The notes under the pieces: generated by a model
Told to the model about the DNA's origin: nothing
Database searches by the model: none
Seen by the model: only the letters and a program-made list of their open reading frames with translations
Shown here: positions 35,809 through 49,951 of the stretch, in pieces
Position numbering within the stretch: position 1 is the stretch's first letter
Layout of the letters: each line of letters starts with the position of its first letter
Position numbers and translations under genes: made by a program
Assembly (NCBI GenBank): GCA_013265495.1
Contig: MU061326.1
Coordinates: 2,420,001-2,484,000, forward strand
Reading direction: 5' to 3'
Length of the DNA stretch: 64,000 bases
Source: Vicugna vicugna
Taxonomy: Eukaryota

Positions 35809-38445
35809 CCCTCAAACTTGGAAAACATGCAAGTGAATATGGAGAACCACAGTTTACCTGAGCAGAGGTCTAGGAGTCACTGTAGTTAGCACAAGAGTAG
35901 GAAAACTTAATCTGCAGTTGACAAATTGTTAGAGACTTGGTATGGATGAGCTTGAGAGTTAAAAACTCCAAGGAGGGGACCAGTCTTAAGAGGATCCCCA
36001 CACTATCATGAGTTTTACCTCTGGGAGCTCTACCAGGTTCTAATAGTGAGAGTCAGAGAAAAATCTCCTCTTGTTTCTGATAAGAAGAGGGCAAAAGTAT
36101 CATTTCAAAATATGTCCTGGGTGCTCTGTTCTCTTTAACAAGATCTGTCCTCAGAATGTAACTATTTTACCAGACCCTAATCCACTGAAGTTTTACCAGA
36201 CACTTACTGACCTGAGGGAAAGGAAATACCTCCATAATAAACTCCATCTTCCTCTAGACTTCTTGTCTCACCTAAGTTGGAGGAAAAATGTCCTGAGAAG
36301 CACTTGTCAAGGTCACAGCCAATGACACAGGCTCAGTAAAATCCTGACACCAGTCATGGGGCTACAGAATTCTTCCCCTCTCCCCACACCTTATCACCAC
36401 ATCAACAGGGTTCCTGTGTAACAGCAGGGATCGCAAGTGCAGGAAGTACATACCTCAGACTTTACCTAACAAGTCTCTAGAGAAACTCAAAAACTATAAG
36501 GAGAGAAAATAATGGACACCAGTGGAGATTTTAGTCTCTGGCATCTACACCTATAACAATAGATAAGCACTGTCTAACTCATAGCCAGATAAACATAAAA
36601 CTTCACCTGAAAGGTCTATTTACCTCAGTTCCTTTTACCCAGGATGTCATGTGCAGCTTCCAACAAAACATAACAAGACATACCTAAAGACAGAGCAAGC
36701 ATCAGTGTCAGACTTAGATATGGCACACATATTGGGAAAATCAAGCTGGGAATTTAAAACAACTATGATTAATATGCTAAAAGCTCTAGTGGATAAAGTG
36801 GACAACACACAACATGTGATAAAACTGAGCAGAGAGATTTAAATTCTAAGAATGAGTGAAAAGGAGATGCTAGAAATCATCAACACTATAATAGAAATGA
36901 AGAATGCCTTTGAAAGGGGCATCATAGACTGGACACAGCCAAGGGAGGAATCAGTGAGCTCAAAAAAAGGTTAATATAAACTGCCAAAAATAAAATAAAG
37001 AGGAAGAAAATGAAAAAGACAGACGAAAATATCTAAAAAAATGTAAGACAGTTATAAAAGGTGTAGTATATGCATACCAAAATATCAAAAAAAAAAAACC
37101 CAAGAAACAAAAACAAAAACAAAAACAAAAAAAAAGAAGGGTTAGAGAACTCAAGCAAGATAAATGCCCCAAAAACCTACACTTAGATATATCACATTCA
37201 AACTGCCAGTAATCAGAGACAAAGCAAAAGAGAAAAGCCAGAGGGAAAAACACCTTACACATAGAGGAACATATGTAAGAATTATATTAGACTTCTGTTC
37301 AAACAGAATGCAAGCAGAAGAGAGAAAAATATTTCAAGTGTAAAAAAAAAAATCTCAACAACCTAGAATTCTGTATTAAGTTAAATTATCCTTAAAAAGT
37401 GAAGAAGAAATAAAGACATTTTTAGACAAACAAAAATGGAAAGAATTAGTTGTCCATAGAAATGCCTTGCCAGAAATGTCGAAAATTTCAGGGAGAAGGA
37501 AAATGATACAGGTCAGAAACATAGACCTACTTATAGAAAGGAAGAGCATTGTATAAGGAATAAATGAACACAAAATAAAATCTTGTATTTTTAAAAATTC
37601 TTAATTAATCTAACAGATAACAGTTTGTTCTAAATAGTATAGCAACAAAGTATTTAGTGATTATAGCTTAGGGATGAGTGAAATGTGTAAATAATGTTAT
37701 AAGGAATAAATGGGAGGAATTTGAAATAGCCGGTTATAAGGTGCTTATAGTATCGGTGAAGCCATTATTGAAAGTGGGTTTAAAGACAGTGCTTTGGAGG
37801 GGGGCAAAATTCAACTGCATGTAATCTACAAGAAACCTTCTTAAAATATAAAGGCATATAGATTAAAAGTGATGGTATATAGAAAGATATACTATGCTAG
37901 CACTAACCAAAAGAATGCTGGAATAGACATTTTTATTTCAGACAAAGCATACTTTAAAGGAAGGCAAAGTATCCAGTTTAAGAGGGACATCATATAATGA
38001 TAAAGGGGTCAGTTCTCCAAGAAGACATAACAATACTTAATGCGTATGCCCCTAACAACAGAGCATCAATATACATAAGACAAAAAGTGGTAGCATTGCA
38101 AGGAGAAATAAATGAGTGCAAAATTACAGTTGGAGTCTTCAACACCCCCTATATTATAAGTGGACAGAGCAGGCAGGAAATAAGTAAGAACATATTTGAA
38201 CTCAACAGCCCCATCGATCAACTAGATATAATCAACATTTATTGACTACTTCATCCAAAACCGGCAGAATGCACATTCTTCTCAAGCTCACGTATACATT
38301 CACCAAGACATGATATTCTGCACCGATCATAAATTTAAAGAACAGAAGTCATACTAAATATGCCCTGGGAGCACCATAGAATTCAACTAAAAATTTGTTA
38401 CAGAATGATAGCTGGAAAATACCAAAATACTTGGAAAGTAAACAA
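35674..38445 (+). mobile_element. Old L1 (L1MC/MD-class): 5' UTR, decayed ORF1 and ORF2 endonuclease; 3' end missing
   Basis: ORF1-like EFKTTMINMLKALVDKVDN (ORF 36651); endonuclease peptide MIKGSVLQEDITILNAYAPNNRAS...VGVFNTP (ORF 37997-38245); many frameshifts. Confidence 0.92.
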
Positions 38446-40421
38446 TTTCAGCGATCTGCTCCGCAGCACACAGCTAACAGGAACCTAGATTTAAATCTAT
38501 CCCTGTTTCATGCTGGAGCCCTTGCTATATTTTTTCTATTGCTATATTTATTATATTTATACTGTTTTGCTATATTCCTTTTTCATTCTTTGGAGACCTT
38601 AAAAATCTGAGAGGCTTTGAGATTATTCGTATTTCTATTTTGCTAGCAACAAGCAAATGTGAGAACACAAAAATTCTAAACCCAAATCATTACAACGTAT
38701 AGTAGCCTTTTCATAGTAGGTCTTTTTTGTTTTTTGGTTTTTTTCCCCCTCATCATACCAAGCACTTTTATGCCCTTTAAAATCATATTTTTGTCTTCTC
38801 TATCAATGCTTATGATACAGTGTTCAGAGTGTTATAGAGTCATAACTTCAAGATACAAGTTAGGAAACTGATAGGAAGGTAATCAAGGTCAGGAGGGTTA
38901 AATAAGCAGATAAATTAAGAGAAACCTGGTCAGTAAACATGGCATTGTTTTCTACATTAGTTTTCATGAGTCAGTCAACATGTCCACTGGAAGGCTTTTC
39001 TTAATAAATAAGATAAAATTAATTTTTTACCAACCCCATGTCAAAAATTACAGCTTATATTTTGGGGGAAGATTGTTATTTACTGAGGGTTTGGATTTGA
39101 TTGAGGAAACAGTTTCTACTTTTCAGCTTCCTTTAACTAGCTTATGAGAGGCAGTGTTTTTGCTAACTGGAGGGAATTAAAGCTCCTGGTAAGTCAGTCA
39201 GTGTTTCTGGAAACAAGGAAAGACGCACATAAAGGATCTAGATTATTCTCCAACTTGGGAACCACCCCTCAAGACTCTAGCCCCAGTTACCATAGACTAT
39301 TTAGAATGGGTCCCCAAGACTTTTGGTTTGGGGAATGTGTCTCTCAAAGTCACACGTAAACACTTGGGGCCTGGCAAAATCAAACGCCAAACACATTTTT
39401 CTTTGACTTTTCGATTCATGCCTATTTTGATAGGATTAAAATAATTATAATCTATGTGCTTTTGATTAATTTATAAAGAATTCATCCAAGTACTATGAGC
39501 AAGACAGACTTTAGGTCCAAGAAGCGTATTTGGCCTTTTTTGGTCCGTTAAACTTTTCAAATTAGCTTTTTTTTTAATTTTTTTTTTTTATTTTGCTTAT
39601 TGGACCAAAATGTTGGCCAAGGCTAAAAGGCTAAACTCTAACTTCAAAGGGTTGGAATTGTGTTTGAAACCCAGACTTTCAGAAACATTTTTCTCTCTTG
39701 TCTGAACAGTAGTGTTCATGCTACTTTCTGTTATAGTGACAGATTCTGGTGGCCAGGGAGTTCTTCGAACCCAGCTTCTTCGGTGGGCTTGAAGGCTGGG
39801 CTGCAGCCTCTCCCCTGAATTTCATTCATGCCTCAATTTCAGAGCAAAGAGTTAAGCTTAAGAATGTGATCCACAGGCCTAGGGTTGGAACAATCATTTT
39901 TTTTTCTTCCTAATCATGGGTACTAGAAATTATTTCTTTTGTATTCTAAAACCACAGTTAGCCTTGGTTGACTTTCAATAAAAATGCATAACTATTTTCA
40001 TCAGAGAAGTCATTAACAAGGCCCCAGTCAATGTTTGTCTAGGAAATATCTTTGCAGTCTTTACCATTCTGTTCCCACAGCGTTTAAAATGCTGGGCTCC
40101 TTCAAGCTCACGCACTGGCTGTCCCTCCTCCCAGTCTGTAGCCTCAGCATTTACATCTCCTCTCAAAGGGCTCTTCCTCCCTGAAACAGACTTATTGTCC
40201 TCTGCCTCCCAGCCATTCTCAGTGAATACCCACTTATATCAGTCATAATTTCTCATTGTAGTTTGGTTTCCTCTCTCTCCTCTAAAAACTAAGATCCTTG
40301 AGAGTGGGATTTAATTTTCCCTCCTATGTCTCCAAGGCTTTTCAGTATGTTTGGCATAAACATGTGACTCATTGTGTACATACAGTAATAAATGAAAAAA
40401 ATTGAAATGAAGATTTATACC

Positions 40422-40555
40422 TGGGGGAGGATATAGCTCAAGTAGTAGAGCGCATGCTTAGCATGCATGACGTCCGAGGTTCAAACCCTGGTACCTCCTC
40501 TAAAAATAAATAAATAGGCCTAATCACCTTCCGCCACGAAGGTAAATAGATAAAT
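40422..40555 (+). mobile_element. tRNA-Ala-derived SINE (Vic-1 type; CTCAAGT variant)
   Basis: ggggaggatatagctcaagtagtagagcgcatgcttagcatgca...ggttcaaaccc; perfect TSD aagatttatacc 40410-40421 / 40556-40567. Confidence 0.95.
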
Positions 40556-42432
40556 AAGATTTATACCATACACAGCCCATTGATTCCTTCAACAAAAAAA
40601 ATCTCAGGTGTGACCATCAAAATCTCCCGATATGTTTCTTCTGAAACCATACCAGGGAACAGATCACTTATCCACTGAATAATATTTATTATTAAGCTCC
40701 TCCTTGGTGTTGATGATGGTGTGCTGTAGAAGGCAGGTGTGACCCTGAAGCCAAGGACCATGGCGTCTTGGCCACGTCCTCCTGGGGAAAATCTAGGGTG
40801 TCTGAAATTCCTAAGATGAAGACGGCTCCTGTAGCTTTCTAGGTAACTTTCCCGGAACCATCTCATTCTATGATGGTTCAGTTATCATTTTGATTGTGAT
40901 TCTTGACATAACATTAGCACTTTCTAGATTTCCCTGGCTACCACCTAGTATCAATATCTTAATGGGAAGAGTGAACACTTATCATCTGGGGAAAAGAAAA
41001 TGGAAGAGGTTCTCAGTTGGCCAGCAGCTAGGAAATCCCTGCCAGTGGCTTTTTACTTTTCTGGCTCAGAATTACCTCTTCCTTCCCTGAAACCACGGGT
41101 CATCCTCTTGCAAGGCTGCTTCTGAGCCATTTGGAGGAGGAAAGAACAAAGAGTCTGGGAGAGCAAATACTAACTCCTCAAATGGTGACTAGACTCACTT
41201 CAATCAGCTAGTGAGGCCGCTGGATCACAAAACGATGGGGCAGGGAGAGCCAAGTAGGTGGTATCTGGCTCTTGGACTTTGCGACAGGTTATGGATGGAC
41301 CATTTCCTCTTGTCTGGGAATTTTAAGTAAAGCCTCCAGCTTAGCTTAATGGCTTTTTAAGTACCACTGCGTTCCAAAGGGAGGCACTAGATTCGTTACT
41401 CCCCACAGGGCTTGGTAAACAGCATCCAAACCATCCTAAATCACCGCGTGGTCTATTAAGGAGAACAGTAGGGTTTCAGTAGAGTGGAGGAGAGGCCATT
41501 TCTTTGAAGAGAATCCAGAAGACTGCAGAGCACTGTGATATTTTGCTTTTCTTCCTTGCACCCCCCATGCTTTAATCCAAGCAGTAGGATTCCTGGAGGT
41601 CCAGCTGTTGGGAGGTCTGTGAGAGCGAAGATCTGTATTTCTCTGTCAGCTGGATCCTTGCTGAGCACTGACATCCGCAGGTCTCCCGCTAGAGTGAGAG
41701 AGGTTAGAGAGGGACTTGTGCCCCAGGACGTGGGTTCATGTAAGAATAAAGACTGGTCTCTCCCTCTCCTTCTCGGAAGCTGAGTCACAGGTGGGCTATA
41801 CCATTCTTGGGAGCAATGGATTGCAGAATTGGACAGGGTAAGAATATGTGTGTTTCCCCTGGACAGAGCGGATGTAGGCGCAAGTCATCTTGGAAGATAG
41901 TCAAGAAAGCTTTCTGCTGCCAACCAAGGATGTCCTGAGGAGAGCATGACTTCAGAAGTCACTAGCCACTGAGTGTGTGTGGGGAAGCAGACAGGGCAGC
42001 TCAGAGACACCTCCTAATGAACCCCTTGTAAAAAGATGATACCACCAACGCAATGGCATTCGAAGCCCAAGGGAAGAGACTGGAGAGCACCAAGTGAAAA
42101 TAAAGTCCTCTGCCCTGTCTTCCTGTGCCTGAGAAGAGCCAGAGGGTAGTTATTTAAGTCAGAAAAGCAGAAGGACAGATTGTGAAGAGAATTTCAGGTC
42201 AAGCCTGTGTTATGAGAAGGGATGACCTTTCAAATAGAATGTAAGATTAATTTATAAAATGTTAGCTTGTATTGGATTTTATAAAACCTGAAAGTAACTG
42301 TGGAGTGATAGTACCTTTCTGCAATGCTGCCAAATTGGTAGGGAAGGGACGCTGAGAGAAAGAGTTGGAACGCAGTGATGGGGAGGAAATCAAGCCATTT
42401 ACAGATTTTCCGTGTCTGTGTTCAGCCCTTTC

Positions 42433-42547
42433 TTTCTTTCTTTTTTTTTTTTAAATTGAGGTATAGTCAGTTGCAATGTGTCAGTTTCTGGTGCACAGAA
42501 CAATGCCTCAGTCATACATATGGATATATGTATTCTTTTCATATTCT
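42433..42547 (-). mobile_element. Very short (115 bp) 5'-truncated L1 3' end
   Basis: T tract then aattgaggtatagtcagtt...; perfect 16-bp TSD tgtgttcagccctttc 42417-42432 / 42548-42563. Confidence 0.95.
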
Positions 42548-42899
42548 TGTGTTCAGCCCTTTCGATCAACCGGTAACTACGTAAATGGCTCAAGCCTGGA
42601 CCTTGAACTTGACTCTAGGTCATTCCTCAGGACAGTGGGGGGTTAAAGAGAGGATGTGCAGTGTCTGGCCCAATGGGGTAAAATGTGTGGTGCAGTAGAC
42701 ACTGCGGGTGACCTGCCCATGTCCCTTGGCACTTCCCTCGACCCAACCAAGGCTACTCACCTCCATCCCCAAAAGATGCTGCTTTTCCCGCAGCACATCA
42801 GTCCCAGTGACAGCAGGAGAATTTTCACAAAAACAAAATTAACCTAAAAGAGTCACAGCCAAAAATGTAGGGGGATCTCTGCTTACATCCTCAGGATGA

Positions 42900-43080
42900 C
42901 ATTATATTCAGCTTTCTTAGAACTTCTTTTTCCCTAGCTGACTTAGTATTGTGAATCTCTAAGAGAAGGCTAAGTACGCAGAGTTTCTCCCGCTCACTTG
43001 GCCTGAGAACTTTTTATTTTCTCCAGGCAGCATCCTTAGTGGCCAGAATATCATGGCACAGACTATGGGAAATCCTGGAT
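42900..43080. mobile_element. MER103C-like hAT-Charlie remnant
   Basis: tattgtgaatctctaagagaagg...gcagagtttctccc...ctatgggaaatcctg. Confidence 0.5.
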
Positions 43081-44049
43081 TAGGGAATGCGGGTGGGGGG
43101 AGAAAGAGCTCTGTCCAGCAGACCACTGGGTACTCTCTCCCACCTTTCTGGCAACTGCCTTCATTCAGCTTAAACTATTTCCCCTCCCCCAAGAACATTG
43201 TAGCCATTTTCAAGAGGAATAAACCATAAGCTGTTAAATGAAGTCCCCCAAGTCACATAGGTAGCTGGTTAGTTGCAGAACAAGGCATAGAACGCTATCC
43301 CCGGATTCTTTTCCCTCAGATCGAGCTACTGGGTTAATGCTTAACCATTTTCAACACATAGTCCAGACCTCCAATTCTGCAAGTGAGCTGATAATAAACA
43401 TAAAGATGCCTTAATATCTGGTGGGACCAGGAGGATTCATCTGGCCTGACTACAAATTCCCTTCTTCTTTCTGCTCCTGCAGTAAGGTCCTCCAGCCAAA
43501 CCATATTCCTTATCAAAGGAACCCGGGATAGTTTCTACTCTCCCCCAAGGGGAGGGTTTGCAGTTCCCTGCCAATCTACAGAATAATTCAAACATGCCTA
43601 TCACATTGTTCTGTGGGAACCAGGAGGGCACCGCACCCTCCTGATACCACAAAGCCTGCCTCCCGCAGCCCCTGCTTGTCCACTCTGCTCCTGAGTGCAG
43701 CCCCCACACGGCCCTGAGTGCTGTGCAGTGTCCTCCTCCCCTGGGCTGTGAGAAACAGCAGTGGATGCGTCTCTTATCTGCCCAAAATGTCAAGTGTCAT
43801 GTTTGGCCATCCCCATAGCTCTAGGGTGAGAATCACTCTCTCACCAACAGGGCGAACAGGAGGTAATTGAAAACAGTGGGATGAAAAATGCACAGCCCAT
43901 ATTTGAAACTGTGAATAAGAAGGCATTCCTGTTATACACAGAAGAAAAAATGAATTTGTTTCAAGAAAATAAATCCATCCCTGGTGGCCTTCGTAGCCTG
44001 GCTTCAGTAAACCAAAGAGGACTGGGCAGGTCTCTCCCAAACAGAATGA

Positions 44050-44295
44050 TGTTGACTAAAGTGATTGAAAATACATGTTTTGGGGTCAGACTGAACGGGA
44101 CTGACATCTCAGACCTGACACTTAGTAGGTGTATGGACCTTGACAAGTCAGTTAAACTCTCTCAGTCTCACTTTTCACCAATTGTATGATGGGAAGAACA
44201 ATCACACAGACATCACAGAGGTATTAGAAGGAAAAAATAACGGCACCTGGCTAGTAATATGGCACATGACACAGGCTCAATTCGCGTTAGCTGGC
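44050..44295 (+). mobile_element. MIR SINE
   Basis: tttggggtcagac...acttagtaggtgtatggaccttgacaagtcagttaaactctctcagtctca. Confidence 0.75.
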
Positions 44296-46299
44296 TGTTG
44301 TTTGGATTTCTAAATTTCAAAAAAGCCAAAATTTCTCGCAGAAATGAGAGTGTCTCTGCAAAAAGTAACCATGACACCATCATTTGTTTTAAACCAACAT
44401 GCGAATGAAGTCATCCAAGCCTGCCCTTAGAGTTGGCACACCTAATAGACATGATTTTTTTTTTTCAGTTGAAGAAGAGAGAAATAGATAAGGAGGAATG
44501 GTACATCTTAGTATGAAAACTTAGTCCACCTGGAGATATAGCTCTAAATATAGACTTGCATATAAATGTAAGTATAAGCATAGGAATCTAAATAGATATT
44601 CTGAGAAGAATCCGTTGTTACCAGTGGAACTTTGATGAACACTTTTCGTCAGAGTTCTTGCAGGATAGTGACTTCATTGGACTTCAGGGCAAAGAGACTG
44701 GAAGAGTAGGTGTTAGTTCATTGTGCGAAAGAAGGCAGAGATGTGAGAAAGAGGCTGGAAAGATGTTCTCAGGTGCTCGTAGCAAGATTTCCAGAAATGG
44801 TGTTAGTCAAGAATGGAGGAAGGGGAATAAAACTAACTGGAGAGAACTCCAGCTTACACTACCCTTCAGGAAGTTTCTAGAATTGGAGAACGGGTTCCAG
44901 AAGCAGCCGGTTGTGAAGGTAGAAAGGAGCAGGCATGACAGGGGAAGATATGTTCATGGTGGGTCCTTTAGAATGGAAGCCACTGGGTTACTCCTGCAAG
45001 CGCAGTGTCATGACTTCAAAATTTGTAATGTGTTTGGACTCTGTGTCCAAATCTGAGAACGTAAAAAGTAGCCAAAGGAGGAAAATGAGTTTTGTTTTTA
45101 ACTAAATTACCGTTTGATGAAAATAAACAGAATTTTTTTTTAAAAGAAAAAGAGCAGTATTATCACTCCGAAGAGAGAGAGAAGGGAAAGTGAAATTGGA
45201 ATGACAGGAGGGAATACAATAAACTAAATTACTGTGATTTAATGAAGAGGAATTAATAAGGCAATTTCCAATGTCCAAACATCCTTTCCATCAGACAGAG
45301 CTCAGAATTGCTCATCTCGGTGTTTGCCCATTTAATTACAGGACATCTGGACTGGTCACACCACCGCTCTCCTTAAATAGTTAATGATATTATTAGATAA
45401 ATAGAACTGAAGTTGAAGATGGCCATGAGAGATTTCTCTCTTTTGTACAGAAGAGCCATGTGAGGATGCCTTTCAAACCACAAGTAGTTACTTGTGGAGA
45501 AAACCACACCCTGTACTTCTGAACTAATGATCTGCTTGGTTTTGTTTAATGTTAATAGTCTTCTCGACAAAGACAAGACTATTTCTTTGTAGAATCCACT
45601 TACCAGCTGAGTTTCCTATAATCTATTCAGAATAAAACAGTGGACGCTAACATATTCTTAGGTTACTGGTATACTCATTATAATAAATGTTAGAGTTTTG
45701 CAATCCCTTCTGTTTTGTTATTATATCAGCTTTTCGGTATTCATTTGTGTTTTAAAAAAGTGACACTCATAAAAAGAACTTGTTTTTCATAGCAAATGAA
45801 AATAAATATAAAGAAGTGAAAAGAGTAATTTTGTAATGTTTTTCTACAAATTTTTGTAATTCCTTTTATGGAGATTAATTCATACCAACTTTTATCTAGT
45901 TATTAAGCACATATCTTATTATTAAGTACAGTAACACAGAGTCCAAACACACCATAAATTTTAAGAGTTTTGGAATCCCCAAAGACTCCAAAATCTGTTG
46001 TATTAAATAAAATTTGACCATTGAATTTAGACTATTCCTTGAAAAGTATACGCATTGAGTTTAAAATCATGGGATGAGGCTTCAACTCAAGACCTGGGTA
46101 GTGAGGCATTTTGTTAAGAATTCACAGAATGGTGACTTACAAGCTTAGAGGAATTGATTTATCTTTCAAAACCCAAAGCACAATCTGGACAGTAACCTGG
46201 CTGTTCCCTAATCTGAACTTGTTCCATTTAATGCTCATTATATCCTCCCTTACCTACTTTGTCATCTCAAGGATCCAGAGGGGCTAAGAGGTCACCCAT

Positions 46300-47460
46300 T
46301 GGATCATTCCATTACTTGGCAAACATCTAGCAAAGACCTACTGGGTACCAGGCATTGGGATAGACATCTGGTATCCCTCTCACCCAAACAAGTATGCCCA
46401 TTGACCTGAAATAGTCACCACTCTGTTATTCAAAGACAATTCAATGTGATGGGCACAATATTAGGAACTCAGGAGAAAGAGTGGTCCACTCTGTGCAGAA
46501 GAGTCAAAGAAGATGGCACCTCTGTGCCAGGGACAGCATCTAAATAGGGTGGAGGAGAAATATACTAGTCAGCAAACAAGGGAAAAGGTACTCATTCCAA
46601 GCAGAGAAATCTGTGTCTGTGATGCCCGGAAGTTTGAAGAGCCAAGCATTTCAGAATGAATGGAGCCCAGGGTGCTTCTGAGGGAGAAGGAGATGGGCGC
46701 ACTGGGAAAGAAGGTGGCAGATAGATTGCAAAATGATTTGCTACAGATTTCCTCTCAAGGATTTTAAAGCAAGGAAGTGACAAGATTAGATTTATCTTTT
46801 GGAAAGATAATATTTGAAGGAAGTTGAACTAGAGACCAACACAGTAGCAAGCAGAAATAAGAAGGCAAGGAGGCTGTTACAAAATTCTAAATTAAAGATA
46901 GAAAGGATTGCTGAAGGAAGGCACTGGCAGGGGGAGGGAGGTGGGGAATGTATTTGAAAGTTACAGGAAGTAGAATTCTAGGTCTTAATGAGCTATTGGA
47001 TGTGGAGGCTGAGGCCAATTTTGGCAGCTGTGAAGATCTGAAATGTCCTTGATTACATGAGTACCACAAGAAGAGCAGATTAGGGGAGACCCAAAAGTTT
47101 GCACAGTGGGGAGAGTTTTATTGGACTTGTTGAGATCAGGTGATAAGCTGAATTTCAGGTGATAAACAGTTACGTCCAGCAGATATGAGCGATGAAGAAG
47201 AGGATCCAGGAACGGAAGGAATTATGGATGTAGAATTAAGGATTGATGGTGTCTATGTACAAGTAGAAGTTGACATAGTGAATGAGGTCACCCATAAAGA
47301 GTACATCATATTTTGGAGGGGTAATAGCTCAGTGGTAGAGCACATGCTTAGCATGCATAAGGTCCTGGGTTCTATCCCCAGTACCTCCATTAAAAGAAAA
47401 AAAAAAAGAATATATCATATGTGAAGAAGGTAGGACCAAGAATGAAGCTCAAGTTAATTC
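46300..47460. mobile_element. L2 fragment, interrupted by a SINE
   Basis: gacctactgggtaccaggcattggga, aggattttaaagcaaggaagtgacaagattagattta, tgagctattggatgtggagg. Confidence 0.65.
47315..47404 (+). mobile_element. tRNA-Ala-derived SINE, short form (tRNA head + poly(A))
   Basis: tagctcagtggtagagcacatgcttagcatgcataaggtcctgggttctatcccc; TSD aaagagtacatcatat 47296-47311 / aaagaatatatcatat 47405-47420. Confidence 0.93.
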
Positions 47461-49042
47461 CAAAATCTAGGTCATCGGGTTTACAGTCATGAATTTTGGA
47501 ACAAATTAAAGTTCAATGGTCTATTGCATTGTTTAAGCAATCACTGATATTTGATACTATCATTAACAAGATTGATATCACTAATACTAGTGAAATATGA
47601 TGATACTGGATCCCTTAAAGATAACATCATTATCTTCTTTTTATAGCACACATTTTGTTCATGTCGGTCAAATTTTCAAATGATTGGTTAACGTAAAATA
47701 ATGTAATGTTAAGTAAGATCTAGCAAAATGAACTCAGAGAGACAGAGATGTGGAGATACAAAGCCAGATTTAGATGTACTCTGGCTAGAGATGCAATCCC
47801 ATGATTGTACCCCTCAGGAATACCTCTCTGCAAGGATTTAGCTCCCACCTTTAAATCTTGGTGCTTTAATCCAAAGGGAGTAGGTTTAGCACCATTGGGT
47901 AACTTCCCAGTGTATTTGCCTCAGTGTGTCTAGCTTTGTTTATCCAGGGAGGGTGACTCATGCTATTGATAGGATCTTTTCATTGCAAGTGTGTGAAGGC
48001 ACCAGAACGGTGTCATTCTGACACGGTACGCTAAGAATGACCCATAGCAGAGTTTCCGAAAGTATGTGAGAATGGAATATGGAAAACCTTTGCAACACCA
48101 ATCTTCTATTAGATGTACCCAAAATTAGAGTTAACTCGGGTCTTCACAGTTGGTTGCCTTGACGTTTCCATTAACTGTGCCATTATGGTTGATTTTCTTG
48201 CTGTGACCCTGAACTGCAAAGGGACCAGATTTTATCTCACTCCTCTTCTCTCTTTGTCCAACGATGCGGTACAAGCTCATGCAGTGACATCCCCAAGCCC
48301 ACAGCCTAGGCAGTTGCCTATAGGAGCCATCTCATCAAATCCCTGCACGTTGACACCGCGCGTTTGGGTAACATACACACATAATAAAGCTTTCCATAGA
48401 TACTTTTTCATTCTGTGGTCTCCCTTCTAAGCGAAATGAAAATCAATGTGAGAGAGCACTAGAATGTTTCACCCAGATGACATTATTGTCATATGTGCCA
48501 TACCATAATTCATACATTAATATGTAAAAATGACATTTTTTTAATAAAATGTGTCACTTTAATTTAGAGCTGAAGGGGAACACATAGGAAAATATTTTCC
48601 AATTCATTAGGGCCACAGGCCCAAAGGAATAAATCCTTCTGATGAGTCCTGTCATTGCATTGTAATTCCAACACTTCAAGATTCTGAAATTAACCAGGCC
48701 CATGTCACCCTCTACTTCACTATTTCAGCGTAAAATGCTTCCAGAAAGTTCCCCAAGCACTCGCTGTGAAATTACATCGTACAGTAATGGGAGTCACTAG
48801 GCAGGGGGTAAAAGAGGGTGTTTTGCAGAGTGTAACTGAGTTCAGATAAGCGGTGAGCTCATGTGTCAGGAAGATGACTTGTTTCCGTTTCCCATTTTAC
48901 ATAGTGAAGCAGCCAAGGTAATTTGACAAGCAAGGATTTTGCTTTCGCTGTTTCCGCTGTGCGTCAGTGGAAGTCCGAGGCAGAGCCCCAAAGTCTTTCC
49001 TGGTGGCACTTATTTATTGTCATTAGAGGGGTTCTCCACCCT

Positions 49043-49063
49043 CCCGGTGCCATCTGGCAGAGG
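49043..49063 (-). promoter_or_regulatory. Candidate CTCF site
   Basis: Minus strand CTGCCAGATGGCAC, 12/14 to core CCASYAGRKGGCRS. Confidence 0.4.
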
Positions 49064-49099
49064 TCTTTAAGGAAGCTGTTGATCTAGTCTTTTGCAATT

Positions 49100-49106
49100 A
49101 AAAAAA

Positions 49107-49142
<36 letters not shown>

Positions 49143-49143
49143 A
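49100..49143. repeat. (GAAA)n tetranucleotide microsatellite
   Basis: A run followed by about 8 GAAA units. Confidence 0.95.
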
Positions 49144-49388
49144 TCGGTCAGTTGGTTGCCAATGTTCTTGGATTTTGATTCCTCAGCGCTTCAGATTACA
49201 CTGCCCCTGGCCAGCAAAATGCTTTGGGATTTTTCTTATAGAACATCGGTCTTTCAGAACCTGCCTGCTAACTATGTTCAAGGGAGACTCAACTACTTAA
49301 AACCAAAGGGCCTCAGCCCTTTGAGAGAATGTTCGCTATTGACTGAATGTGTTCTTCCAAACTTCTTAACTGAGCTGGGTCTTGGTAC

Positions 49389-49951
49389 TGATACAGGAAA
49401 ATGGGATGTGAGAGGATGGCTGTGTCCCAGGTCTCTGGTGGGTCCCTGGGACAGGCCCCACCATGTAAGGGTCTTTGGCTTTGAGCAGAGAAAATTCAAA
49501 AGCTAGCCATAGTTGTGTAAAGGTAGATTTAGTCAGGAAGAAAATACTCTATAGACAGAGTGTAGGCTGCCTCAGAAGGCCAGAGAGGCCAAGGAGGTAC
49601 ACATTCCATAGACACACAGCCCTTCTCGAAAGGCAAGAGAAAAGCCACAAGGTGCAGGGTTGTTAGTTTTTATGGGCTTGGTAACTTCATAGGCTGGCAA
49701 GTAGGAAGATAATTCCAACTACTCGAGGGAGGCAGCTGGGATTCCCAAGAATTGGGCCACCACCCACTTTTTGACCTCTTATGGACAGCCTCGGAGCTGT
49801 GGGAATCCCATTTACCATGCTATTGTATTACAATGAGCATATAATGAAGCTCAAGGTCTACAGGGAGTTGAATCTTCCACCCGCCATCTTGGTGATAATT
49901 GCCCTGTCATCCTTTGAAAGATTGCGCCCTGCCCCCTTCCCTCCTGTCTCA
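49389..49951 (-). mobile_element. ERV1-class solo LTR, 563 bp
   Basis: Inverted termini TGATACAGGA...TCCTGTCTCA; perfect 4-bp TSD gtac 49385-49388 / 49952-49955; YY1-like CCGCCATCTT inside; strand inferred from resemblance to ERV1 LTR starts. Confidence 0.92.

Noticed and set aside
37997..38245. Endonuclease-like ORF as a functional or domesticated gene
   Set aside because: Short, frameshift-bounded piece of a decayed L1 ORF2.
41371..41390. CTCF-like TTCCAAAGGGAGGCACTAG
   Set aside because: Several mismatches in the core; weaker than the 49.05-kb site.
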